Assembly (NCBI RefSeq): GCF_032444005.1
Contig: NC_091290.1
Span: 129,332,001-129,396,000 of the forward strand
DNA: 64,000 nucleotides
Reading direction: 5' to 3'
DNA from: Ranitomeya imitator
Taxonomy: Eukaryota
A program made the position numbers and the translations under genes. Under the pieces are notes generated by a model. That model did not search any database, had not been told where the DNA came from, and saw only the letters and a program-made list of their open reading frames with translations. Positions 1-11,554 of this stretch are shown in pieces. How positions within the stretch are numbered: position 1 is the stretch's first letter; each line of letters begins with the position of its first letter.

Positions 1-90
1 ATTATTATTTGGTGCATTCCGCCAGTCCTAACAGTATATTACAATTGCAATCCTACCATTACATCATCATCCATCTAACTGCCATCCCAA

Positions 91-301
91 GTCAGCAGAG
101 CCCTATTTAGAGAAGTTGCCAAAATGCACATGGTCAGTACGGATAAGTTGCAGAGATCCAAAGATCAGGTGGAGAATCTGTCCACAAGACATCTATTAGT
201 CGCATTCTCCACAAATCTGTAAGTACAGGAAAAGAAAGCTAGTTTTGAAAGCAACCCATAGGAAGTCCAATTTATAGTTTGCAAAAATCCATGTAGTGGA
301 C
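91..301 (+). pseudogene. Tc1/mariner transposase fossil, left part (interrupted by Gypsy insertion)
   Basis: The decayed Tc1-like coding sequence continues directly after the Gypsy 3' TSD at 5495, where WSDETK and HGGGSIMLW motifs appear. Confidence 0.6.
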
Positions 302-489
302 TGTTGTGAATTCTGTGGCAGAGCTCCCTCCTGTGGTCACAAGTGGTACTTCGGCTGATTCTCTCTGTGAGCTTCTGTTGGTGGAGGGAAGTGGTACTGC
401 GGCTTCTGAGTTTCCTCCCTCAGGTGATCTGGTGAGGTCGTTAGGTGCTTCTCCATGTCCATTGTGGTACTGAATTGCCTTTCATAACA
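302..489 (+). repeat. 5' LTR of family A copy 1, internally deleted (188 bp)
   Basis: 302-453 is identical to 4686-4837, and 454-489 matches 5453-5488 except for the first base. The equivalent of 4838-5452 (615 bp) is missing. Confidence 0.95.
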
Positions 490-624
490 GTACAGGAAGC
501 CCAAAGTACTAATGATTCTCAATAGAGGGAAAAAAGAAGTTCTGAGACCATTTTTTTTTCTTTGCACTGTGTTTTGCCTTTTTTTCCCCTAGACATTTGG
601 GTGGTTCAGTACACAGGTGTAGCG

Positions 625-3600
625 ATGGACATTAGAAGTCTGTCTTCATTTGTGGATCAGCTCTCGGCAAGTGTACAAAAGATTCAAGACACTATTGATC
701 AGAAATCTATGTTAGAACCAAGAATTCCTATTCCTGATTTGTTTTTTGGAGATAGAACTAAGTTTCTGAGTTCCAAAAATAATTGTAAATTATTTATGGC
801 CTTGAAACCTCGCTCCTCTGGTGATCCAGTTCAACAAGTTTTGATTGTTATTTCTTTTTTGCGCGGCGACCCTCAGGACTGGGCGTTTTCTCTTGCGCCA
901 GGAGATCCTGCATTGAGTAATATCGATGCGTTTTTCCTGGCGCTCGGATTGCTGTACGATGAACCTAATTCAGTGGATCAGGCAGAGAAAAATTTGCTGG
1001 CTCTTTGTCAGGGTCAGGATAACATAGAGGTATATTGTCAGAAATTTAGAAAGTGGTCCGTGCTCACTCAATGGAATGAATCTGCGCTGGCAGCTATGTT
1101 CAGAAAGGGTCTCTCTGAAGCCCTTAAGGATGTCATGGTGGGATTTCCTATGCCTGCTGGTTTGAATGAGTCTATGTCTTTGGCCATTCAGATCGGTCGA
1201 CGCTTGCGTGAGCGTAAATCTGTGCACCATTTGGCGGTATTACCTGAGCTTAAACCTGAGCCTATGCAGTCCGATAGGACTTTGACCAGAGTTGAACGGC
1301 AAGAACACAGACGTCTGAATGGGCTGTGTTTCTACTGTGGTGATTCCACTCATGCTATCTCTGATTGTCCTAAGCGCACTAAGCGGTTCGCTAGGTCTGC
1401 CACCATTGGTACTGTACAGTCAAAATTTCTTCTGTCCGTTACCTTGATCTGTTCTTTGTCATCGTATTCTGTCATGGCATTTGTGGATTCAGGCGCTGCC
1501 CTGAATTTGATGGACTTGGAGTATGCTAAGCGTTGTGGGTTTCTCTTATAGCCCTTGCAGTGTCCTATTCCATTGAGAGGAATTGATGCCACGCCTTTGG
1601 CCAAGAATAAGCCTCAATACTGGACCCAGCTGACCATGTGCATGGCTCCTGCACATCAGGAGGTTATTCGCTTTCTGGTGTTGCATAATCTGCATGATGT
1701 GGTCATGTTGGGGTTGCCATGGCTACAAGCCCATAATCCAGTATTAGATTGGAAATCCATGTCGGTGTCCAGCTGGGGTTGTCAGGGGGTACATGGTGAT
1801 GTCCCTTTTCTGTCAATTTCGTCATCCACCCCTTCTGAGGTTCCAGAGTTCTTGTCTGATTACCGGGATGTATTTGATGAGCCCAAGTCCGATGCCCTAC
1901 CTCCGCATAGGGATTGTGATTGTGCTATCAATTTGATTCCTGGTAGTAAATTCCCAAAAGGTCGACTGTTTAATTTATCCGTGCCTGAGCACGCCGCTAT
2001 GCGCAGTTATGTGAAGGAATCCCTGGAGAAGGGGCATATTCGCCCGTCATCGTCACCATTAGGAGCAGGGTTCTTTTTTGTAGCCAAGAAGGATGGTTCG
2101 CTGAGACCTTGTATAGATTACCGCCTTCTAAATAAGATCACGGTTAAATTTCAGTACCCCTTGCCATTGTTATCTGATTTGTTTGCTCGGATTAAGGGGG
2201 CTAGTTGGTTCACCAAGATAGATCTTCGTGGTGCGTATAATCTGGTGCGTATCAGGCGAGGAGATGAATGGAAAACTGCATTTAATACGCCCGAGGGTCA
2301 TTTTGAGTATCTAGTGATGCCATTCGGACTTGCCAATGCTCCATCAGTGTTTCAGTCCTTTATGCATGACATCTTCCGAGAGTACCTGGATAAATTCCTG
2401 ATTGTGTACTTGGATGACATTTTGATCTTCTCGGATGATTGGGAGTCTCATGTGAAGCAGGTCAGAACAGTTTTTCAGGTCCTGCGTGCTAATTCTTTGT
2501 TTGTGAAGGGATCAAAGTGTCTCTTTGGTGTGCAGAAGGTTTCATTTTTGGGGTTCATCTTTTCCCCTTCTACTATCGAGATGGATCCTGTTAAGGTCCA
2601 AGCCATCTATGATTGGACTCAGCCGACATCTCTGAAAAGTCTGCAAAAGTTCCTGGGCTTTGCTAATTTTTATCGTCGCTTCATCTGCAATTTTTCTAGT
2701 ATTGCCAAACCATTGACCGATTTGACCAAGAAGGGTGCTGATTTGGTCAATTGGTCTTCTGCTGCTGTGGAAGCTTTTCAAGAGTTGAAGCGTCGTTTTT
2801 CTTCTGCCCCTGTGTTGTGTCAACCAGATGTTTCTCTTCCGTTCCAGGTCGAGGTTGATGCTTCTGAGATTGGAGCAGGGGCTGTTTTGTCGCAGAGAGC
2901 TTCTGATTGCTCAGTGATGAAACCATGCGCTTTTTTTTCCACGAAGTTTTCGCCTGCTGAGCGAAATTATGATGTGGGCAACCGAGAGTTGCTGGCCATG
3001 AAGTGGGTATTCGAGGAGTGGCGTCATTGGCTTGAAGGAGCTAAGCATCGCGTGGTGGTATTGACTGATCATAAGAACTTGACTTATCTTGAGTCTGCTA
3101 AGCGGTTGAATCCTAGACAGGCTCGTTGGTCGCTGTTTTTTGCCCGTTTTGACTTTGTGATTTCGTACCTTCCGGGCTCTAAAAATGTGAAGGCGGATGC
3201 TCTGTCTAGGAGTTTTGTGCCCGACTCTCTGGGTTTGTCTGAGCCGGCGGGTATCCTCAAGGAAAGAGTAATTGTGTCTGCCATCTCCCCTGATTTGCGG
3301 TGGGTGCTGCAAAAATTTCAGGCTAATAAACCTGATCATTGTCCAGCAGAGAGACTGTTTGTCCCTGATAGGTGGACCAATAAAGTTATCTCTGAGGTTC
3401 ATTGTTCGGTGTTGGCTGGTCATCCTGGAATCTTTGGTACCAGAGAGTTAGTGGCTAGATCCTTTTGGTGGCCGTCTCTGTCGCGGGATGTGCGTGCTTT
3501 TGTGCAGTCCTGTGGGATTTGTGCTCGGGCTAAGCCCTGCTGTTCTCGTGCCAGTGGGTTGCTTTTGCCCTTGCCGGTCCCGAAGAGGCCTTGGACACAT

Positions 3601-4854
3601 ATCTCTATGGATTTTATTTCTGATCTTCCCGTTTCTCAAAAGATGTCAGTCATTTGGGTGGTCTGTGATCGCTTTTCTAAGATGGTCCATCTGGTACCCT
3701 TGTCTAAATTGCCTTCCTCCTCTGATTTGGTGCCATTGTTCTTCCAGCATGTGGTTCGTTTACATGGCATTCCAGAGAATATCGTTTCTGACAGAGGTTC
3801 CCAGTTTGTTTCAAGGTTTTGGCGAGCCTTTTGTGGTAGGATGGGCATTGACTTGTCTTTTTCCTCGGCTTTCCATCCTCAGACTAATGGCCAGACCGAA
3901 CGAACCAATCAGACCTTGGAAACATATCTGAGATGCTTTGTTTCTGCCGATCAGGATGACTGGGTGTCCTTTTTGCCTTTGGCTGAGTTCGCCCTTAATA
4001 ATCGGGCCAGCTCGGCTACCTTGGTTTCGCCATTTTTCTGCAATTCTGGGTTCCATCCTCGTTTCTCTTCAGGACAGGTTGAGTCTTCGGACTGTCCTGG
4101 TGTGGATACTGTGGTGGACAGGTTGCAGCAGATTTGGACTCATGTAGTGGACAATTTGACCTTGTCCCAGGAGAAGGCTCAACGTTTCGCTAATCGCAGA
4201 CGCCGTGTGGGTCCCCGACTTCGTGTTGGGGATCTGGTTTGGTTATCTTCTCGTCATATTTCTATGAAGGTTTCCTCTCCTAAGTTTAAACCTCGTTTCA
4301 TTGGTCCGTATAGGATTTCTGAGGTTCTTAATCCTGTGTCTTTTCGTCTGACCCTTCCAGATTCTTTTTCCATACATAACGTATTCCATAGGTCATTGTT
4401 GCGGAGATACGTGGCACCTATGGTTCCATCTGTTTATCCTCCTGCCCCGGTTTTGGTGGAGGGGGAATTGGAGTATATTGTGGAGAAGATTTTGGATTCT
4501 CGTGTTTCTAGACGGAAACTCCAGTATCTGGTTAAATGGAAGGGTTATGCTCAGGAAGATAATTCCTGGGTTTTTGCCTCTGATGTCCATGCTCCCGATC
4601 TTGTTCGTGCCTTTCATGTGGCTCATCCTGGTCGGCCTGGGGGCTCTGGTGAGGGTTCGGTGACCCCTCCTCAAGGGGGGGGTACTGTTGTGAATTCTGT
4701 GGCAGAGCTCCCTCCTGTGGTCACAAGTGGTACTTCGGCTGATTCTCTCTGTGAGCTTCTGTTGGTGGAGGGAAGTGGTACTGCGGCTTCTGAGTTTCCT
4801 CCCTCAGGTGATCTGGTGAGGTCGTTAGGTGCTTCTCTACTTAACTCCACCTAA
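625..4854 (+). pseudogene. gag-pol polyprotein with one nonsense codon (TAG 1549-1551)
   Basis: ORFs 562-1551 and 1555-4854 are in the same frame. Motifs: CCHC knuckle CFYCGDSTHAISDC, protease VDSGA, RT YLDD, RNase H DAS/TDHKNL, integrase HHCC plus SDRG and GPY, chromodomain EYIVEKILD...YLVKWKGY. Copy 2 has GAG (Glu) where this copy has TAG. Confidence 0.95.
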
Positions 4855-5488
4855 TGCTTTGATCCTGGCTTCCTGTCAATGTTCCAGTGTTGGACTTGCT
4901 TTTCCCTGGATCATTCCTGTGGCCTGCTGCTCTGCATAGCTAAGTTCTTCTTTGCTATTTGTTTGCTATTTTTTCTGTCCAGCTTGTCTAATTTGTTGCT
5001 GGAAGCTCTGGGACGCAAAGGGTGTACCTCCGTGCCGTTAGTTCGGTACGGAGGGTCTTTTTGCCCCCTTTGCGTGGTTTTCTTTAGGGTTTTGTGTAGA
5101 CCGCAAAGTTACCTTTTCTATCCTCGCTCTGTTAAGAAAGTCGGGCCTCACTTTGCTGAATCTATTTCATCTCTACGTTTGTCTTTTCATCTTAACTCAC
5201 AGTCATTATATGTGGGAGGCTGCCTTTTCCTTTGGGGTATTTCTCTGAGGCAAGGTAGGCTTATTTTCTATCTTCAGGCTAGTTAGTTTCTCAGGCTGTG
5301 CCGCGTTGCATAGGCAGAGTTAGGCGCAATCCACGGCTGCCTCTAGTGTTGTTTGGAGAGGATTAGGGATTGCGGTCTGCAGAGTTCCCACGTCTCAGAG
5401 CTCGTTCTATGATTTTGGGTTATTGTCAGATCACTGTATGTGCTCTGACCGCTATGTCCATTGTGGTACTGAATTGCCTTTCATAACA
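4686..5488 (+). repeat. 3' LTR of family A copy 1 (803 bp)
   Basis: It follows the PPT caaggggggggtac, has TG...CA termini with a 9-bp imperfect inverted repeat, and has TATA-like TACTTAA at 4838. Confidence 0.95.
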
Positions 5489-5494
5489 GTGGAC

Positions 5495-5712
5495 ACAGCA
5501 AGCATGTGGAAAAAGATGCTCTGGTCAGATGAGACCAAGGTAGAACATTTTGGGCTAAATGCAAAAACGCTGTGTGTGGGAGAAAATGAACATGGCACAT
5601 CACCCTGAAAACACTCTCCCCACAGTCACACATGGTGGTGGCAGCATAATGCTGTGAGTAGGCTTTCCTTCAGCAAAGACCAGGAACCTGGTCAGAGTTG
5701 AGTAGAAGAAGG
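5495..5712 (+). pseudogene. Tc1/mariner transposase fossil, right part
   Basis: It translates to MWKKMLWSDETK and later HGGGSIML, the first catalytic Asp region of DD34E transposases. Confidence 0.75.
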
Positions 5713-6177
5713 ATCTGATCAGCTGTTGTTTGTTTCTTTTATTTCCAAATTACTTTTATGCATTTTTTGTAATAGTTTTCAGGATTTGAGTTGATTAACA
5801 TAGAAAATTACATTTTAAATTACGAGAAAAAAAAGCTAAAACTGTACAAAGTTTTAAAATACTCCATTAGAAATTAGTAGATGGGGGACCTATGTTTGGG
5901 ATTCTTGTCTCTTGGCCATAGTGAAGAGGAGTTACAAAGAGCAACACTAGATCAGGAGGTTCTCTCCATCTAGTAGATGTCAATAAAATAAGAATATCAA
6001 ATATCAATGGATTACAATTAGGTTGATTTTTGGTAAGATCACTCTAAAAAATTGCCTATTTATGGTCTTTATTAAGACATCCTACATAACTGTCATAGAA
6101 GTAAGATGGTCCACTGATATAAGCAAGAGTGAAAAGTCAATAAATAAAATAAGTTTTCATTTTGATTGTGTATCTAT

Positions 6178-6707
6178 TACATGGTTAATCTCTTATAGTA
6201 ACAGACTTCCCCAAGATATTGTTAGCCACTTGTAGGAACACACTTCCCAAGACATGGTTAGCCAGTTATTGGAACAGACTTCCCCAAGACATGGTTAGCC
6301 ACGTATAGGAACAGACTTCCCCCAAGACATGGTTAGCCACATATAGGAACAGACATCCCCGAAGACATGGTTAGCCAGTTATTGGTACAGACTTCCCCAA
6401 GACATGGTTAGCCACATATAGGAACAGACATCCCCGAAGACCTGGTTAGCCACTTATAGGAGCAGACTTCCCCCAAGACATGGTTAGCCACGTATAGGAA
6501 CAGACTTCCCCCAAGACATGGTTAGCCACGTATAGGAACAGACTTCCCCCAAGACCTGGTTAGCCACTTAAAGGAACAGACTTCCCCCAAGACATGGTTA
6601 GCCACTTATAGGAGCAGACTTCCTCCAAGACATGGTTAGCCACGTATAGGAACAGATTTCCCCCAAGACATAGTTAGGCACTTATAGGAACAGACGTTCC
6701 CCAAGAC
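6178..6707. repeat. Minisatellite, ~37-38 bp unit, ~13-14 copies
   Basis: Tandem copies of gaacagacttcccccaagacatggttagccac(t/g)tatag. Confidence 0.95.
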
Positions 6708-7761
6708 AATCTTGAGTTTACAAGTGGTCAAAAAGTTATAATTTGAGTTTGGTAACGTCTCTTTAAAGTACATGAACTCAAGTATAAAAATATTCCTCTG
6801 TCTCCCATCTGCCTTCGTAATTTGTTGTCTTGTATAACATGTTCCACCACCTGTAGACTAATAGTGAGTCATGCAATCACTTACGTTATCCCAACATGAA
6901 ATTAGAATATGACCTGAAAGAGCAAGGTGCTAAAATATTTCAAATAACTCTTGGCTCTTTTACTCTTAAAACGAGATATTCTGTGTTTTAACAGCATGAG
7001 AAAATTGTTTGAAATGGAATTTTTTTTTTATATTTTGCCTTTGAAGAGGTTCGTTTTCTTAGCTTGGTGGCACAATGAGTCCTCTCCAGTTCACTTTATG
7101 ATCTGTTATTCTAGGGAATAATATGGATTTTACAGCAGTTTGTCATTAAGCTGAACTTAGTTTGAAAAATATCCGAGGGTTAAGTACACGCACCCAGGTG
7201 CATAACAAGGGGACACATTGTACTATGCAGACACCAAGCATAGGATTTTCAATGAGGCAATTTTATTTCAAAGTAGAACTCTACCAAAGCATTGATCTAT
7301 GTACTCAGCTATACATAAAGGAGATAACAGAGGGCAATGGACCTACTGAGAGGACCACTTTAGCAGACTGCAGTCGATTTCAGAAATCTTGTTTAGTGGT
7401 TGCGTCTGACAGTTTCAAAGAATTTTATAAAAATAATACTTTATTTTTTTAAATTTAACTCTCAACAAATATAAAGTCTTACTTACTGTAATTTGGTTTC
7501 CGAATTAAATATTATCCATTTATTGCTCATTCTTTTTTCATTCCATCCCTAACTTCCTGCTTCCTTTCTTTTCCTATTAAAGAAGCCCTAATCCCATCGA
7601 AGTTTTTATACTCAATATATTGCAGTCATCTTATTATATAGCACTGTGAGAAATTTTTGCAGCACCCACCGCAAATTTCTTTTTTTCCTTCTTTCTTTCT
7701 TTCCCCTTTTTTTTCCTCCTGCTTTTGTCTCACTTGGACAGATGGATTCTTAGAAACCTTG

Positions 7762-8051
7762 TCCCAGAATAGAAGAAAGACAGCGCAACAACGGTCAGTA
7801 ATGAAGACCTTACGTGTTTAATCTGCCTCCTGCGGCGACGTTTCGGTACAATAACATTTATCAAGTACCGAAACGTCGCCGCAGGAGGCAGATTAAACAC
7901 GTAAGGTCTTCATCACTGACCGTTGTGGCACTGTCTTTCTTCTATTCTGGGATATGGACTTGCAGCCGGGCTGGACCCCTTGGCATTGACTTGCGCCAAT
8001 ATGCGAATGGAAGCTGTATGGACATAGGGTGCGGTTTTTCTCTTTTGGGAT
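7762..8051 (+). mobile_element. 290-bp insertion with 88-bp inverted 5' duplication and 15-bp TSD; probable Penelope-type retroposon tail
   Basis: Arms 7762-7849 and 7865-7952 are reverse complements with 3 mismatches. The flanking direct repeat TTCTTAGAAACCTTG lies at 7747-7761 and 8052-8066. Confidence 0.75.
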
Positions 8052-8174
8052 TTCTTAGAAACCTTGGTCCTGTTGAATAGCTGTAATGACGGGTGGTGCT
8101 TGTGCAGCAAGGCAATCAAGTCAGATCAACATCAAATGTGTCTGAGCTGGTAAATAGCAACTACAGTAGCTAAA

Positions 8175-8351
8175 TTGTTTCCTTCCTCCTTTATTTATTT
8201 ATTTTCTTTCCTTCCCTCTTTCCTTCTGAACTTCCTTCCTTTTCTCTTTCCTTCCTTCCTTCCTCCCTTCCTTCTTCCCTTCTTTCCTTCCTTCCTCCCT
8301 TCCCTTCTTTACTTCTTTCCTTATTTCCTTCTCTCTTTCCTTACTTCCTTC
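8175..8351. repeat. (TTCC)n-type pyrimidine microsatellite running into an assembly gap
   Basis: Low-complexity CT tract ending at the N run. Confidence 0.95.
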
Positions 8352-8488
8352 NNNNNNNNNNNNNNNNNNNNNNNNNNNNNNNNNNNNNNNNNNNNNNNNN
8401 NNNNNNNNNNNNNNNNNNNNNNNNNNNNNNNNNNNNNNNNNNNNNNNNNNNNNNNNNNNNNNNNNNNNNNNNNNNNNNNNNNNNNNNN
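8352..8488. other. Assembly gap (N run)
   Basis: Run of n characters. Confidence 1.
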
Positions 8489-9157
8489 CTTCCTGTCCTA
8501 ATACTAGCAGTCTTTACATATAAGTACAGTAATCAGAGTGCTCCCTTAATTTCATCCCTACAACAAAGTCACCTAGTTCCAGACGAATTGGATTAAAGTC
8601 AACACCTCGCCAAGAATCTCCTTCATTCTGAATATTTTAGCGACAAAAAAAAAATCATAGGTTAAAAAAGTTAACGAAAAATTAAGGATAATAAAAATGA
8701 GCAGCTGTTAATTAACAGAATCCCTTGGCAAAAACTCCACTTAAAAGCAACATAATTTAAAGTAAGTATTACACTGAAGGGCACATTCTTGGATGACTTG
8801 CCTTAATGGCCGACACACATTTCTGAAACGAAAGGTTGGTAATATTCTTCGGCTTTTTATAGTTACACAGTTTGTTAATAAGATCTCCAAAGGGTAATAT
8901 TTACTTGGACATAAAATTATTTGCAAGGCTTGCCAATTTTACAAGTTAAAACTATTGCATTCCTCATGTGCACCACGTACTGAAGCTCAGCGCAAGGAGG
9001 TCAAAAAAATTCTCACCTGCTTTATGCGAAGATTAATGCAAAATACATGCAAGATACCAAGCAAGCGTCAAGATCAGACTACAAAGTTTTATGTAGTCTG
9101 TTACCATAGAAACAGGAAGCACTGCATGGGATTTGTACACAAAAAAAGTTAGGATAT

Positions 9158-10033
9158 TTGCAATTAAGCATACCCTCCTGCTCCACAGATGTCCGCTTTG
9201 AACAGCAGTCAGTCATCCTTACAGATGGATTCAAGGCCAGGGGGTACAGCAACCGTTGCATCAAATCTGGATATAGGCGTGCACGGGCTATGAGAAGAAG
9301 TGAGCTGCTTAGGTCCTCTGAAAAAAGATCTACAAAGAATAGTGATTATAAATTGAGTTATATTTCTACTTCCAACTGTCAGTGGGATAAGATTCGAGAA
9401 ATCCTGCGGAGACACTGGCCAGTTTTGCGTAGTGATAGTGTCTTGTCTGCCCACTTATCAGAGTCCCCACTAATGATACAAAGAAGGAGTAGGAACTTGA
9501 GGGACCAATTAGTGAGCAGCCACTATGTGGCTAAACAACCGAAGATTTTCAACCAGGGCGGAAATAAACGGGGCTGTTTTCCATGCGGATCGTGCGTTGC
9601 GTGCCCTAATATAACTAGATGTGGGACCTTCATGTTATCTGATGGGAGCAGGGAATTTGAAATCAGGGATTACATCTCCTGTAAGACATCATATGTGATA
9701 TATTATTCCACCTGTCCCTGCTCCCTAATATATGTGGGTCTCACATCTAGGGAACTTAAAATCCGGACACGGGAGCACGTCCGTGAGATCATAGCTGCTA
9801 AGGATGTACTGGACGTCTCAACACTTAAGACCCTACACAGACACTTTAGGGAACATCATGGGTGTAATCCCAAGGGTTTGAGTGTAAGGGGTATTGACCG
9901 CATTCACGGGGGTATCAAGGGTGGTGACCTCAAACAGACCCTTGCCCAACGTGAATGTAGGTGGATAGTTACCCTACACACAGTAGCACCAAAGGGTCTA
10001 AACGAAAAGTTATCCTTTGCACCCTTTTTGTGA
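9158..10033 (+). pseudogene. PLE ORF C-terminal fragment: RT thumb, Cys-rich linker, GIY-YIG endonuclease
   Basis: F..RGY, HW..L, RR.RNLRD.LV, CFPCGSCVAC, and VIYYSTCPCSLIYVGLTSRELKIRTREH (GIY-YIG signature) ending in P.GLNE. The RT core is absent. Confidence 0.9.
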
Positions 10034-11514
10034 AGTCCCTTTTACTGTGGCACGGGGGGGCCCTGTTCCCGCGGCTGTGTCGTGTGCAGTTAGACTACAG
10101 ATTATTTGCATTTAGTATATATTGGAATCATGGTATGTTTTTAATTATGTGTGTCTCTTTTCTTCTTTTTTATTTAGTTTTTATGTTTTGAATTCCTTCT
10201 CTTGTGATGCGTTTATTTCTGCACTACCATTGTTGGATCTTGGCCATCAAGATTTTCCATATATGGACAGAATCCTAATACATCAGCGCCTTTATAATGT
10301 CGGTTGAGACCCGGACTGAATGGAGAAGAAATCCCACAGGGGGACATTGTTTATCTACACGCCTTGATGGCCATTTGGACATTACACTTTTGCACTATTG
10401 TTGTTTATGTTTATTTTATATCATAATTGCTATAATGATATGTGAGTTTTCTATTTCATATCGTCTAGGTGGTTTTGGGGTCCAATACTCCTTTGTCACT
10501 GATGGTATATGCATTCACGTTATGATCATTTATGCACCATTGTTCACTGCACATTTTTGTGCTGTTTTTACTATTCACGGGAATGTAAATCATTATGTGA
10601 TATGAGTGTTTCTGTACACTGTACCACATATTAGAATGAGTTTTATATTGCGAGTATAGCCCTCGCTTTTATAGATATGCACTTTCTATCTTGTGTGCAC
10701 AGATACTTGTGTATCTTATTTATCCCCATTTTTTATTTGTATTTCTTTTTCCCCCTTTTTCGGTTTTTCTTTTCCCTTTATTCGGTAAAATTCTCTTTGA
10801 TACATTATTATGCGTATGGTGTTCTTGTAAATATATTTTTTAATATGTTAACACCATGGTATGGGTTACCCATATATGGGTCTTATTTGGACATCTTTGC
10901 CCCCGTATAGTGAGTGGTGTATATATGCGGTCCTGATCGCCATGGTAAACACTTACTAATATCTGGGGACGGGTGATCGGGAATTCGCACAGGCGCACTA
11001 CGGTCTTGATCGGTTCCCTCTGCTGGTCGGGTCTTAGACACTACATTACTCTGGCTCATTGAAGCGAGTGATGCGCACGCGCAGCTTTATCTGTTTGAAT
11101 CGTCTGTGCTGGCGTCGGTTATGCGCAGGCGCGATTTTGCTTACCATGGCGACGTGAACCGCTGGTGTAGCGATGCGATACTGAGGATCTGCGCAGGCGC
11201 AATCTGATCGGGACTAGGTTGCTTTTAGTTCCGGTCTTTTGACACTATACACTTCCGGTTCATTGGCGCGAGTGGTGCGCATGCGCCGCCTGATTTACCC
11301 GGCACTGCCTAATCTCAGTGGCATCTACAACAGGTGCAGTGTGGATGGATATGAGGTACCATGGGTGTGCTTTCTCGCCCCCATGCGCGCCGCACCATGA
11401 CGCTTATGAATTGTGCACTTTTTTGTGTGGGTATTCAGGCGCGCATGCGCCAATTACACTGGTGTGCCGACCTCCTATAAATAGTGCAACAAGAGTGAGA
11501 CACTGCTAACACTC

Positions 11515-11554
11515 CCCCTTTGAAAAAGCGACAACGCGAAACGCACGTCAGGGG
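11515..11554 (+). ncRNA. Degenerate minimal hammerhead-like ribozyme motif in the PLE tail
   Basis: cccct-TTGAAAA-a-gcg acaa cgc-GAAA-cgcacGTC-agggg. Stems I and II and GAAA/GUC are in place, but the CUGANGA core is altered. Confidence 0.5.

Larger units (their letters stand above)
302..5488 (+). mobile_element. Ty3/Gypsy chromovirus-type LTR retrotransposon, family A, copy 1
   Basis: Termini are TGTTGTGAA...TTCATAACA, flanked by direct repeat GTGGAC (296-301 and 5489-5494). It has an internal gag-PR-RT-RH-IN-chromodomain region and a G-rich PPT just before 4686. Confidence 0.97.

Noticed and set aside
970-4674. Many antisense and alternate-frame ORFs inside the Gypsy elements, some repeated in copy 2
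   Set aside because: They are shadows of the gag-pol codon structure. Their recurrence reflects recent common ancestry of the copies, and they have no recognisable domains.
4620-4690. env-like gene in the LTR elements
   Set aside because: The chromodomain runs directly into the PPT and LTR in all three proviruses, leaving no room for env.
6178-6707. 37-bp direct repeats as a possible CRISPR array
   Set aside because: The units are head-to-tail with no unique spacers, so this is an ordinary minisatellite.
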